Assembly: GCA_947258985.1 (NCBI GenBank)
Contig: CAMYKI010000002.1
Coordinates: forward strand, 10,248-74,247
DNA from: an uncultured Acidimicrobiaceae bacterium
Lineage (GTDB): Bacteria > Actinomycetota > Acidimicrobiia > Spongiisociales > UBA5794
DNA: 64,000 nucleotides
Reading direction: 5' to 3'
The notes beneath the pieces were generated by a model. It saw nothing but the letters and a program-made list of their open reading frames with translations. It did no database searches and had not been told where the DNA came from. Below are positions 48,709 to 59,983 of this stretch, piece by piece; the stretch's first letter is position 1, and each line of letters begins with the position of its first letter. The translations under genes were made by a program, and so were the position numbers.

Positions 48709-49417
48709 AGCTGCGGAGCCAGATCCTGATGGTGTCGCGGCCCATCTCCCACAGCGTTCCCAGGGAGAGCCCGCCAGACGAACCGGGCGCAAGCACGACT
48801 GGTTCCTCTGCCATCGTTGATCCGGCCCTTCGCATCCGGACAAGCAACTCGAGGTCAAAGGCGTAGCGCTCGGTCTCGAGCCGGGGCAGCGTGTCCTCTA
48901 GCGCTTCACGCCGGAAGACTTTGAGGCCGGTCTGGGTCTCCCGGACGGGGAGTCGAAACAGGATTCGGTTGACGGTGGCGAAAATCAGGCTCAGAATCCG
49001 ACGCAGCGCGGGATAGCGTCCGGGGACCATTGCCGACCGCTTCGCTCCTACCAGGGCATCGACCTTGCTTGCGTAGAACGCATCGAGTAATCCGGGCAGT
49101 TGCTCCGGGGGTAGGTCGAGATCGGCATCGAGAAATATGACCGTCTGCCCAACGGCGTGGGAGAACCCCTCCTTGAGCGCACCTCCCTTGCCGCGATTGA
49201 CCTCGTACCCCACGACTGAGACGACGCCTGTCGCTGATGCGGCTTTCTCGGCAAACCCGCGGGTGTCGTCCGTGCTGCCGTCGTCGATGACGATGATTTC
49301 CGGCATATCCCAATCGGCGACAACCGAAACGACGCGCTCGATGTTGTCGCTGATTGTCGTTTCGAGTTGGTAGGCCGGCATGAGGATCGAAACGCCGGGA
49401 TAAGTCGGGGGGGACAT
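48695..49417 (-). CDS. Polyprenyl-phosphate glycosyltransferase (GT2; GtrB/Dpm1-like)
   Basis: VSILMPAYQLETTISDNIERV...IIVIDDGSTDDT...FLDADLD; 240 aa, typical of GtrB/DPM1-like GT2 enzymes. Confidence 0.7.
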   Translation of the reverse strand: MSPPTYPGVSILMPAYQLETTISDNIERVVSVVADWDMPEIIVIDDGSTDDTRGFAEKAASATGVVSVVGYEVNRGKGGALKEGFSHAVGQTVIFLDADLDLPPEQLPGLLDAFYASKVDALVGAKRSAMVPGRYPALRRILSLIFATVNRILFRLPVRETQTGLKVFRREALEDTLPRLETERYAFDLELLVRMRRAGSTMAEEPVVLAPGSSGGLSLGTLWEMGRDTIRIWLRSFRWK

Positions 49418-49479
49418 AGGTTGCGGAGCTTAGTCCAAGCCGCTTCTGGCGGGTCCAGGTCATTCTCGGTGTTCCCTCG

Positions 49480-51024
49480 ATGCCAGAGGTGCTCGCTTAC
49501 AATCAGCACATGAATCTATCAACGATCTTCAAGGCGTACGACGTGCGCGGCACAGTTCCGGACCAACTCAACGAGGCAGCGGCGAAGCGTATCGGCGCGG
49601 CATTCGCTCGGTTCGCCGCTGCTGAGCGAATCGCCGTCGGCCGGGATTGCCGGGAATCGTCACCCGGACTGGCGGCAGCCCTGATCGAGGGCATCGTGAG
49701 CCAGGGAGTGGCAGTTGATGACCTCGGCATGATTACAACCGACATGGTGTACTACGCAGCCGGTTCCATGGATCAGCCCGGGGCGATGATTACAGCCAGC
49801 CACAATCCGAAGGGCTACAACGGCATCAAACTGTGTCTGGCCGGAGCAGCGCCTGTCGGGGCGGAAACTGGTCTCGAGGACGTGCGAGCGATGGCAGAAG
49901 CAGGTCTCGAGGCCGAGGGCAACCCGGGCGACGTGCGGCGAGTCGATCCGCTGGACGGTTATGTCGATCACTTGATGTCGATAGTGGACGTGAACAAGAT
50001 CGGGTCGCTTCGCGTTGCCGCCGACGGCGGTAACGGTGTCGCAGGTGTCGCCGTACCCGACGTGTTCGCTCGCATCCCGGCCCAGCTCACCGGGCTGTAC
50101 CTCGAACCGGACGGGACCTTCCCCAACCACCATCCGGATCCGCTCCGACCCGAAAACCTGGCGGATCTCGAAGCCCTGCTTCAGTCCGAACCGCACGACC
50201 TCGGGGTGGCTTTCGATGGCGACGCCGACCGAGCGTTCTTCATTGACGATCAGCTGCAGTCGCTACCCGGCAGCACGGTGACCGGGATCATTGCCAACTG
50301 GTTCCTGCAGAAGAATCCTGGTTCGGGGATCGTTCATAACCTGATCTGCTCCAAAGCGGTGCCGGAGACGGTCCGCGCTGCCGGCGGAGAGCCGGTTCGC
50401 ACCAGGGTCGGTCATTCGTACATCAAACAGGTGATGAAAGAAACGGGAGCGATCTTCGGCGGCGAGCATTCGGGCCATTACTACTTCCGTGACAACTACT
50501 GCGCAGACTCGGGCATCCTGGCAATGCTGGTGCTGCTTCAGGTCCTCTCCGAGGACGGTCGGCCCCTCTCTCATCTGCGACGTGACTTCGAACCGTACGC
50601 GCAGTCCGGAGAGATCAACTTCGATGTTGCCGACAAGGACGAGGCCATCGAGGCCATAGGTGAAGCCTTCCCGGAGGCCACCACCGACAGACTCGATGGG
50701 CTCACCATCGACCTCGGGAATCGCTGGCTCAACGTGAGGCCGTCAAACACCGAACCGGTGCTTCGCCTCAATGTCGAGGCACCGACCGATCGTGGGGTGG
50801 AGACTCTTGTGGGCCGGGTCCGCGACATCGTGCAGAGTCCACCGGCCGCCGCAGCAGGGTTGCTGCCCGAGGGATTACTCGACATCATGCAGTGCCCCTC
50901 GTGCACCGGCACTCTGTCTGAGATCGAGGACCCCCCGTCGCTGCTGTGCGGCGGCTGTGGCTTGAGGTACCCGGTGGAAGACGGAATCCCGGTCATGCTG
51001 ATCGAGGAAGCCACTCAGACATAG
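49480..51024 (+). CDS. manB: Phosphomannomutase/phosphoglucomutase fused to a C-terminal Trm112-like zinc-ribbon domain
   Basis: Active-site TASHNPKGYNGIK, GDADR metal-binding loop, GGEHSGHYYF sugar-binding loop; the last ~50 aa (MQCPSCTGTL...LLCGGCGLRYPVEDGIPVMLIEEA) match the Trm112/YcaR consensus. Confidence 0.8.
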   Translation: MPEVLAYNQHMNLSTIFKAYDVRGTVPDQLNEAAAKRIGAAFARFAAAERIAVGRDCRESSPGLAAALIEGIVSQGVAVDDLGMITTDMVYYAAGSMDQPGAMITASHNPKGYNGIKLCLAGAAPVGAETGLEDVRAMAEAGLEAEGNPGDVRRVDPLDGYVDHLMSIVDVNKIGSLRVAADGGNGVAGVAVPDVFARIPAQLTGLYLEPDGTFPNHHPDPLRPENLADLEALLQSEPHDLGVAFDGDADRAFFIDDQLQSLPGSTVTGIIANWFLQKNPGSGIVHNLICSKAVPETVRAAGGEPVRTRVGHSYIKQVMKETGAIFGGEHSGHYYFRDNYCADSGILAMLVLLQVLSEDGRPLSHLRRDFEPYAQSGEINFDVADKDEAIEAIGEAFPEATTDRLDGLTIDLGNRWLNVRPSNTEPVLRLNVEAPTDRGVETLVGRVRDIVQSPPAAAAGLLPEGLLDIMQCPSCTGTLSEIEDPPSLLCGGCGLRYPVEDGIPVMLIEEATQT

Positions 51025-51085
51025 ATGGCGGGCTGCTTCCTGAGCAGCGGCCGCGAATGGAAGCCCGCCGAAACGAGTTAGCGTT

Positions 51086-52366
51086 GTGCCGAGTGCGCAC
51101 AAAATGAGAGGATTCGCCGTGGAATATGACATCGCAGATCAGTCACTTGCAGAACTGGGTGGTCGCCGCATTGAGTGGGCTGCCCGGCGCATGCCGGTTC
51201 TAGGGGCGATCCGGGAGCGCTTCGAACGGGAGCAGACGTTGGCCGGAGTAACGATCGGCGCTTGTATGCATGTCACCACCGAGACCGCCAATCTGATGCT
51301 GGTTCTTCGGGCAGGGGGCGCTGCCGTGACTCTGTGCGCATCGAATCCGTTGTCCACTCAGGACGACGTTGCCGCGGCTCTCGTGGCTGAGGGGATTCCT
51401 GTCTATGCGATCCGTGGAGAAGACGCCGGCACCTTCTACCGACATATCGATGCCGTCCTCGATACCAACCCCGATCTGGTATTCGACGATGGCGCCGACA
51501 TGACGACCGTGCTGCATGAGGCCCGATCTGATCAGCCGATCCTCGGAGGCATGGAGGAAACGACGACCGGTGTGATTCGGCTGCGGGCCATGGCGAGCGA
51601 CGACGTCCTCCGATTCCCGGTCGTTGCTGTAAACGACTCCGATACGAAGCACCTCTTCGACAACCGGCATGGCACCGGCCAGTCATCCCTCGACGGCATC
51701 TTGCGCGCATCAAACATCCTCTTTGCCGGAAAGAACGTTGTCGTCGCCGGATATGGTGATTGCGGCTTGGGCATCGCCCAGCGAGCGGACGGGCTTGGGG
51801 CAAAGGTAATCGTCGTTGAGTCGAATCCCGTGCGTGCTCTAGCCGCCGCAATGGATGGTCATCGGGTGATGACGACGGATGAAGCGGGACCGCTCGGGGA
51901 CGTGTTCATCACGGCGACGGGCGACATTCATGTCTTCCGCAAGCAACACTTCGACGTAATGAAGGACGGCGTCATCCTCGCCAACGCCGGTCACTTCGAC
52001 GTCGAGATCGACTTGAAAGCCCTATCCGAGATGGCGGTCGGCTACCGCGAGCTCCGAGACAATCTGGGGGAGTACACACTGGAGGACGGCCGTAGGCTGC
52101 TGGTTGTTGCCGAGGGCCGATTGGTCAATCTCGGCGCTGCCGAAGGCCACCCGGCGGACGTCATGGACATGTCGTTCGCTGACCAGGCTCTGGCTGCGGA
52201 GTGGCTCAAGGAGAACGGCGCCTCCCTAGAACCGAAGGTTTACGTTCTCCCGCAGGACCTTGATCACGAGGTCGCCAGGCTCAAGCTCGAAAGCATGGGC
52301 GGCGGGCTGGAGCAACTCACTGACGAGCAGATCGAATACCTCAACTCCTGGCAGCACGGAACATAA
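51086..52366 (+). CDS. ahcY: Adenosylhomocysteinase (S-adenosyl-L-homocysteine hydrolase)
   Basis: DYKVADISLA-like N-terminus ([20 protein letters not shown]), [21 protein letters not shown]-binding [10 protein letters not shown]; the start could be GTG 51086, ATG 51104 or GTG 51119. Confidence 0.85.
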   Translation: MPSAHKMRGFAVEYDIADQSLAELGGRRIEWAARRMPVLGAIRERFEREQTLAGVTIGACMHVTTETANLMLVLRAGGAAVTLCASNPLSTQDDVAAALVAEGIPVYAIRGEDAGTFYRHIDAVLDTNPDLVFDDGADMTTVLHEARSDQPILGGMEETTTGVIRLRAMASDDVLRFPVVAVNDSDTKHLFDNRHGTGQSSLDGILRASNILFAGKNVVVAGYGDCGLGIAQRADGLGAKVIVVESNPVRALAAAMDGHRVMTTDEAGPLGDVFITATGDIHVFRKQHFDVMKDGVILANAGHFDVEIDLKALSEMAVGYRELRDNLGEYTLEDGRRLLVVAEGRLVNLGAAEGHPADVMDMSFADQALAAEWLKENGASLEPKVYVLPQDLDHEVARLKLESMGGGLEQLTDEQIEYLNSWQHGT

Positions 52367-52385
52367 GCCTCGCTCGGCGGGGGGT

Positions 52386-53321
52386 CTAGTCCCGCGCTGC
52401 CGATGCAAGGGGCCAGGGGCCTGCTGTTCGCAGATCGACCAGTACCTGGTCGGCGTCTCCGCGTCGGCTGCGTGCCTGGTCGAACAGAAGCTGGACATCA
52501 GTTGGGCCGAGCTTCTCCTTGCGCAACAACTCGTCGCGGATGGCAATGATCACGTGGCGATTCTCGAGCATGAGGCGCATGCTGTCGCGCTTGGAATCTC
52601 GAAGTAGGGCCTCGAGTTCTTTCCTGGTCCTGGCGTCCTCGAGGACTCTCTCAATGAACCGGGGTCGTCTCAAGCGCCCCGTCGCCATTGAAACAAGTGA
52701 TCCGGCCATGCCGAATCTACCCACCATGTCGGCGCCCAGTTCGGTAGCCCGGGCGAGGTCTTCGGCGGCGTGAGAACTGGAGTCTCCCGTGAATATCTCC
52801 TCAGCGGTCATTCCGGAGAGGATGTGGGCAAGCCGGTCTTGCATGGACTGCTGCGTCAGTAGAGGCACAATCGCGGTCTGCGTGACGCACGGACCGTGCA
52901 GGTGCATTCTGCCGAGCCGGCTGGGATCATCAAGGAAGCTGGCCACGATGTGGCCGGCCTGATGTGTCGCCAGGGCAAAACGCATTGATGGCGTACCGGT
53001 TCGCGCAAAGAACATTGCGACCGGAGTGCGCCAGACCAGATAGAGGGCGACCACTCCCACCGATCCGACGGCGATAGCGATGATCGTTTCGGGAGCGGCG
53101 GTATCGCGGCCGGTCCGCACAAAATCGATCCAGAGCCACACGTTGATGAGCGCGAGTGACGTGAATACCGCCACTAAGAGGATTCGGCGCCGGTGTCTCG
53201 AACCGGCTACCGCCCGGATTCCCGCCTGCATTTTTCTTGCCCCCAAGAACTGTTCGCCATTCCTATGACACCCTAGGTCACATTTAGTGGCGGCACAGCT
53301 ACATTTGGTGGCCACCCGCAT
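52386..53321 (-). CDS. FtsH-like peptidase M41 domain membrane protein lacking the AAA module; zinc-site HExxH replaced by HQxxH (probable pseudo-protease)
   Basis: Two N-terminal TM helices, then ATHQAGHIV (vs FtsH YHEAGHA), ...AAEDLARATELGADMVGRFGM (vs FtsH ASNDIERATEIARxMVTxWGM) and C-terminal helical region; no Walker A/B. The true start is probably an internal Met (MQAGIRAV). Confidence 0.55.
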   Translation of the reverse strand: MRVATKCSCAATKCDLGCHRNGEQFLGARKMQAGIRAVAGSRHRRRILLVAVFTSLALINVWLWIDFVRTGRDTAAPETIIAIAVGSVGVVALYLVWRTPVAMFFARTGTPSMRFALATHQAGHIVASFLDDPSRLGRMHLHGPCVTQTAIVPLLTQQSMQDRLAHILSGMTAEEIFTGDSSSHAAEDLARATELGADMVGRFGMAGSLVSMATGRLRRPRFIERVLEDARTRKELEALLRDSKRDSMRLMLENRHVIIAIRDELLRKEKLGPTDVQLLFDQARSRRGDADQVLVDLRTAGPWPLASAARD

Positions 53322-53358
53322 GGACTAGTCCGTCACCCCCTGGCGGTACGTTGTCCGC

Positions 53359-53922
53359 ATGCTGCTCTGTCTTTCCTGCATGACCTGGTGTGAGGGTTCG
53401 CTATGTGGCTGGTGCCGGTCTTGCCTCGAGGAGGTATCTCGGTGCCGGCTGCCGAGCGGCATTGAAGTAACGCCGGCCTTTGCGCACGTGGGCGTTGCTC
53501 GGACGCTGGTTCATCGACTCAAGTACGACGGGCTCTCGACGGCGGGCGAGGTCTTTGCTGCCGCTCTGGCAGCACGAATCCCTCCCGGCGCCCGGGCTCT
53601 GGTCCCGGTGCCGCGATCGACCCTTCGCAGGATGCGATATGGAATCGACCCTGCGATGGCTCTGGCGGAACTGCTGCGCCGTCGTACCGGATTGGAGATT
53701 GCTCCTGTGCTACGGCCTCCGCTGTGGTGGCCGGCCCATGCGGGTTCGCGGCGCAAGACACGGCAGACCCCCAGGTTCGAGGTTGTGGGGTCGATTCCCG
53801 CCGGAGGTGTTCTCGTCGACGACGTTCTCACCACTGGCGCCACCCTCACCGGTGCGGCGAATGTCTCGGGCATTGGTCTGGCAGTTACCGCGACCCGTGC
53901 GGGGCGGGGCCTGTCGGGGTAG
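53359..53922 (+). CDS. ComF/GntX-family phosphoribosyltransferase-domain protein
   Basis: N-terminal Cys4 (CLSC...CGWC), C-terminal PRTase motif VLVDDVLTTGATL; conserved position upstream of hpf. Confidence 0.7.
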   Translation: MLLCLSCMTWCEGSLCGWCRSCLEEVSRCRLPSGIEVTPAFAHVGVARTLVHRLKYDGLSTAGEVFAAALAARIPPGARALVPVPRSTLRRMRYGIDPAMALAELLRRRTGLEIAPVLRPPLWWPAHAGSRRKTRQTPRFEVVGSIPAGGVLVDDVLTTGATLTGAANVSGIGLAVTATRAGRGLSG

Positions 53923-54085
53923 GATTGACAAAAGGGCTACCCGAGTCAGGCCGACCCGTGGAGTAGGTGTGCGCGGAGCACTCGACAGATCTCCCCAGCA
54001 ACCGAACGAACACGCCGGTCAGGGGTGGCCCGTTTTTCGCGCCGGCCGGTGCCGGCACCCACTCGGCAACTTGAAAGGAGCCAAG

Positions 54086-54637
54086 GTGGACGTACGCGTA
54101 CACGGTAAGAACATGCGGGTTGGGGACAATGTCCACGACATAGCCGTCGACAAGATCGGTCGCGCCGGAAGGATCTTCGACGACGGTTCGGTCGCAGACG
54201 TGGAGTTCTCAGAGTTGCGGAATCCGCGTTCAGCAGGAGAGCGATTCAAGGTCGAGATAACCAGCCACACTGCAGGTCACACCGTACGCGTTGCTTCGCA
54301 AGCACCCGACGCCGTTTCGGCTGTCGATTTGGCTGCCGATAAGTTCGAAAGACAGTTGCGTCGCCTCAAGGAACGGCTCATACAGAGATCGCGAAATCGA
54401 GATCACAAAATGCTCAATGGTGCGCCATCCGTGTCCGATGAAGAGCAGGATGAAGGGCCAGGAAATATCGTCAGGACCAAGAGGTTTGCGATGAGGCCCA
54501 TGACACCGGAGGAAGCTGGATTGCAGATGGAGATGCTCGGACATGACTTCTTCTTCTTCCTTGACGCCGAGAGCGGCAAGTACTGCGTCCTCTACCACCG
54601 TGACGACGGCAACCTAGGACTGATAGAGCCCGAATGA
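54086..54637 (+). CDS. hpf: Ribosome hibernation-promoting factor (long HPF/RaiA)
   Basis: VDVRVHGKNMRVGDNVHDIAVDKIGRAG...AADKFERQLRRLKERL; start reassigned to GTG 54086 preceded by aaaggag. The annotated 385-aa ORF from 53480 is an upstream read-through artefact. Confidence 0.75.
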   Translation: MDVRVHGKNMRVGDNVHDIAVDKIGRAGRIFDDGSVADVEFSELRNPRSAGERFKVEITSHTAGHTVRVASQAPDAVSAVDLAADKFERQLRRLKERLIQRSRNRDHKMLNGAPSVSDEEQDEGPGNIVRTKRFAMRPMTPEEAGLQMEMLGHDFFFFLDAESGKYCVLYHRDDGNLGLIEPE

Positions 54638-55284
54638 CACGTCTCCTTGTAGTCGATGATGTTCCCCTCTTTAGGGCTGGGTTGACCGCCGCCCTCAACG
54701 AGGCAGGTTTCGACGTTGTCGGTGAAGCCGGCAACGCCGAAGACGCTGTTGCGCAAGCTGAGGTTCTGCAACCGGACCTGGTTCTGCTCGACGTTCTGAT
54801 GCCGGGCCTTTCCGGCCTCGACGTTGTTGGCAAGATCGTGGCCGTTTCCGAGAAGTCTCAGGTCATCTTGCTCACAGGCAGCGAGTCTGAAGAAGACATG
54901 ATCTCCGCGATCAAGTCGGGGGCGCGCGGCTACATCGTCAAGGACATGCCCTTTGCCCATCTGGTCGATCTGATCAGGGCGGTTGCAGAGGGCGGAGCTG
55001 CGTTTTCTCCGAAGATGGCGGGGAAGATGGTCGACGTGTTGCGGCAACTGCTCCGCCACCAGGAGTTGTTCAAGTCCCGCAAGCCGACTCTCACCGGACG
55101 TGAGATCGAGGTGCTGCAGTTGGTAGCCCGGGGCATGACCAGCCGGGCGATCGGCGAGAGGCTCTTCATTTCCGAGAATACGGTGAAGAACCATATCCGG
55201 AACATCCTCGACAAACTGGGTTTGCACTCCCGTAACGAGGCCGTGCTCTACGCAGTTAGAGAAGAGTTCATCACCCTGGATTAG
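54634..55284 (+). CDS. Two-component response regulator, NarL/LuxR family (REC + HTH_LuxR)
   Basis: MTRLLVVDDVPLFRAGL...DLVLLDVLMPG (phospho-acceptor Asp) and C-terminal LTGREIEVLQLVARGMTSRAIGERLFISENTVKNHIRNIL. Confidence 0.8.
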   Translation: MTRLLVVDDVPLFRAGLTAALNEAGFDVVGEAGNAEDAVAQAEVLQPDLVLLDVLMPGLSGLDVVGKIVAVSEKSQVILLTGSESEEDMISAIKSGARGYIVKDMPFAHLVDLIRAVAEGGAAFSPKMAGKMVDVLRQLLRHQELFKSRKPTLTGREIEVLQLVARGMTSRAIGERLFISENTVKNHIRNILDKLGLHSRNEAVLYAVREEFITLD

Positions 55285-55285
55285 G

Positions 55286-55306
55286 CGGATTCGCTTTGCG
55301 AATCCG
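55286..55306 (+). terminator. Perfect 9-bp inverted repeat (cggattcgc ttt gcgaatccg) immediately after the response-regulator stop codon
   Basis: Seen directly in sequence; no strong T-tract follows, so it is either an intrinsic-terminator-like hairpin or a palindromic protein-binding site. Confidence 0.4.
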
Positions 55307-55336
55307 TTCGCAGTTCCTCCGGAACCGCGGCGGCCG

Positions 55337-55452
55337 GGGAAAGGCTTCGGTAGTCCGGGTGTTTCGTTTCGTCTAGCGCACCTTTGCTTTGGAAATCGCG
55401 GGGTTGGGAATAGCCTTCGATAGTTCGGGTGTTGTTGTTGGTCTAGCGCACC
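55337..55452. repeat. Two direct copies (~47 nt each, 69-bp period) ending in the exact 12-mer gtctagcgcacc, 22 nt upstream of the secA start
   Basis: Copy 1 gggaaaggcttcggtagtccgggtgtttcgtttcgtctagcgcacc; copy 2 gggaatagccttcgatagttcgggtgttgttgttggtctagcgcacc. Confidence 0.7.
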
Positions 55453-55474
55453 CTCCTCCTACAATGCGGTACCC

Positions 55475-58117
<2,643 letters not shown>

Positions 58118-58176
58118 TAGGGCTTGCCTGTTACTCGAGGTTGGGTGCACGAACCGTGTGACTGCGACTCAGGCAA

Positions 58177-58668
58177 TTGGGTCAAGATGTTCCGTGGGAA
58201 GGTCTACGCAGGGACGCCGGCCGGGTAGGAATACAAGCATTGGCCTGCGTTCTCGGTTCTCCGTACCATTGCTTGATGGGTACAGCTGAAGCAGAGTTGA
58301 TAATCTTGACCCGAGAGGATGACGGCCTCATCGTCGGACGGGAACGCAACTTTGATGTCCCTCGCACCGTCGACCGAGTCGCTGAGGCGGTCGACGTCAC
58401 GTGGAAGCTCGCTGGACGCCGGCCCTGTGTCGCGATATGGGATATGCGGGGTTCCCCACGACCCAGACCGGAGAGCTGGGAGTTGTTTATCCGCAGGATT
58501 CCCGGGATCTTCCGGGCTTTGGCAATCATCGTGGATGAGGATGCGAAACGAGCGCTCGGCGCCTTTCCGATGGCAATCGATTCTCTGCTCATCCCGGTTC
58601 GCATGTTTGTTGATGAGGATGAGGCGAGGAACTGGATAGCCCCCCTCGCCAAACCCGACCCCGCCTGA
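58177..58668 (+). CDS. Hypothetical protein (start uncertain; internal M at MGTAEAELIIL possible)
   Basis: ORF of 163 aa with codon usage consistent with coding; no recognisable motif. Confidence 0.3.
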   Translation: MGQDVPWEGLRRDAGRVGIQALACVLGSPYHCLMGTAEAELIILTREDDGLIVGRERNFDVPRTVDRVAEAVDVTWKLAGRRPCVAIWDMRGSPRPRPESWELFIRRIPGIFRALAIIVDEDAKRALGAFPMAIDSLLIPVRMFVDEDEARNWIAPLAKPDPA

Positions 58669-58729
58669 GCGAGGGTCCCGACGAACTTGTGCTGCTTGTC
58701 CGCTGAGTCTGGCTTTGCCATCCTCGGAT

Positions 58730-58803
58730 GGACTCGCCAAGCGGCTCTGTCTGCGCGGACTCGCCAAGCGGCTTTCTCTGCGCGGATTCGCCAGGCCGCG
58801 CCC
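58730..58803. repeat. 27-bp tandem repeat, ~2.7 copies (ggactcgccaagcggctctgtctgcgc)
   Basis: ggactcgccaagcggctctgtctgcgc / ggactcgccaagcggctttctctgcgc / ggattcgccaggccgcgccc; intergenic, ~70 nt upstream of prfB. Confidence 0.8.
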
Positions 58804-58872
58804 TATTGAGCTGAGTTCGGCCCTGCCGAACTCAAACCTGAGCGAAGCTCAGGCGGCTACCATCCCACCGCC

Positions 58873-59983
58873 ATGAATGACATCGATCCCCGGGCTCTGC
58901 TCCAAGAAATCCGCTCTCGCCTCGACGACGCCAGGAGGTTCCTTTGACGTCGCCGGCAAGGAGATGGAGCTCGTAGAGCTACGCGAGCTTGCGTCGGCCC
59001 CCGACCTGTGGAACGACCAGGATCGGGCGAAGGAGGTCACCCAGAAACTCGCCCGCTACGAAGGGATGATCGAAAACATCGCGGCTCTCGATTCCCGGAT
59101 CGACGATGCCGAGGTGCTGCTGGAGTTGGCGGCTGAAGAAGACGATGCGGCGACGGCCGCAGAAGTTGCCGCCGAGGTTGTGGCTCTCGACGGCGCGTTG
59201 ACGCTGCTCGAGCGAGAGAGCCTGTTTTTCGGCGAGTACGACGACCGGCCGGCGATCCTCAGTGTTCACGCCGGAGCTGGTGGGGTTGACGCACAGGATT
59301 GGGCAGAGATGCTGCTGCGCATGTATGTGCGCTATCTGGAGCGGACTCCGTTCAAGGTGGAGATAGACGAAATCCAGCCCGGGGACGAGGCCGGCATCAA
59401 ATCGGCAACACTGACGGTCAAGGGTGACCATGCCTACGGCTCGTTTGAGGGCGAGCGTGGCGTGCACCGCCTCGTGAGAATCAGTCCGTTCGATTCAGCG
59501 GCCCGGCGACACACTTCGTTTGCCGGTGTCGACGTGATTCCCGAAGTCGACACCACCGACGTCGAGATCAACCAGGAGGATTTGCGGATCGATACCTACC
59601 GATCGCAAGGTGCGGGCGGGCAGCACGTCAACACATCCGATTCGGCCGTGCGCATCACGCACCTTCCGACGGGTGCCGTCGTCGCCTGCCAGAACGAGCG
59701 CTCCCAGCTGCAGAACAAGAACAGGGCGATGCAATTGTTGGCAGCCAGACTTGCTGAGCTGGCGCGTCAGGACCGTCTCGACGAGATTGACTCGATACGG
59801 GGGGAGCAGACCGAAGCGGGGTGGGGTCGGCAAATCCGATCGTATGTCATGCAGCCCTATCAGATGGTCAAGGATCTGAGAACCGATCTCGAAGTCGGGA
59901 ACATCAGCGGTGTCCTCGACGGGGATCTCGACCGATTTGTCGACTCCTACCTACATTGGCGAAGGGCTCAGCAGGAGGACTGA
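58873..59983 (+). CDS. prfB: Peptide chain release factor 2, with programmed +1 ribosomal frameshift
   Basis: Frame-0 ATG 58873 encodes MNDIDPRALLQEIRSRLDDARRFL then in-frame TGA; +1 frame continues DVAGKEMELVELRELASAPDLWNDQ... through GGQ and SPF-like decoding region to 59983. The annotated ORF from 58877 is the +1 frame with a fortuitous ATG. Confidence 0.85.
58931..58948 (+). promoter_or_regulatory. prfB autoregulatory +1 frameshift site: internal Shine-Dalgarno-like AGGAGG, 3-nt spacer, slippery CTT followed by UGA-C
   Basis: ccaggaggttcCTTTGAC: ctt at 58942-58944, tga at 58945-58947, C at 58948 (weak stop context); matches the canonical bacterial RF2 frameshift cassette. Confidence 0.85.

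Noticed and set aside
53480-54637. 385-aa ORF spanning comF and hpf
   Set aside because: N-terminal 200 aa are an out-of-frame read-through of comF with Arg-rich nonsense; an RBS and GTG at 54086 give a canonical HPF.
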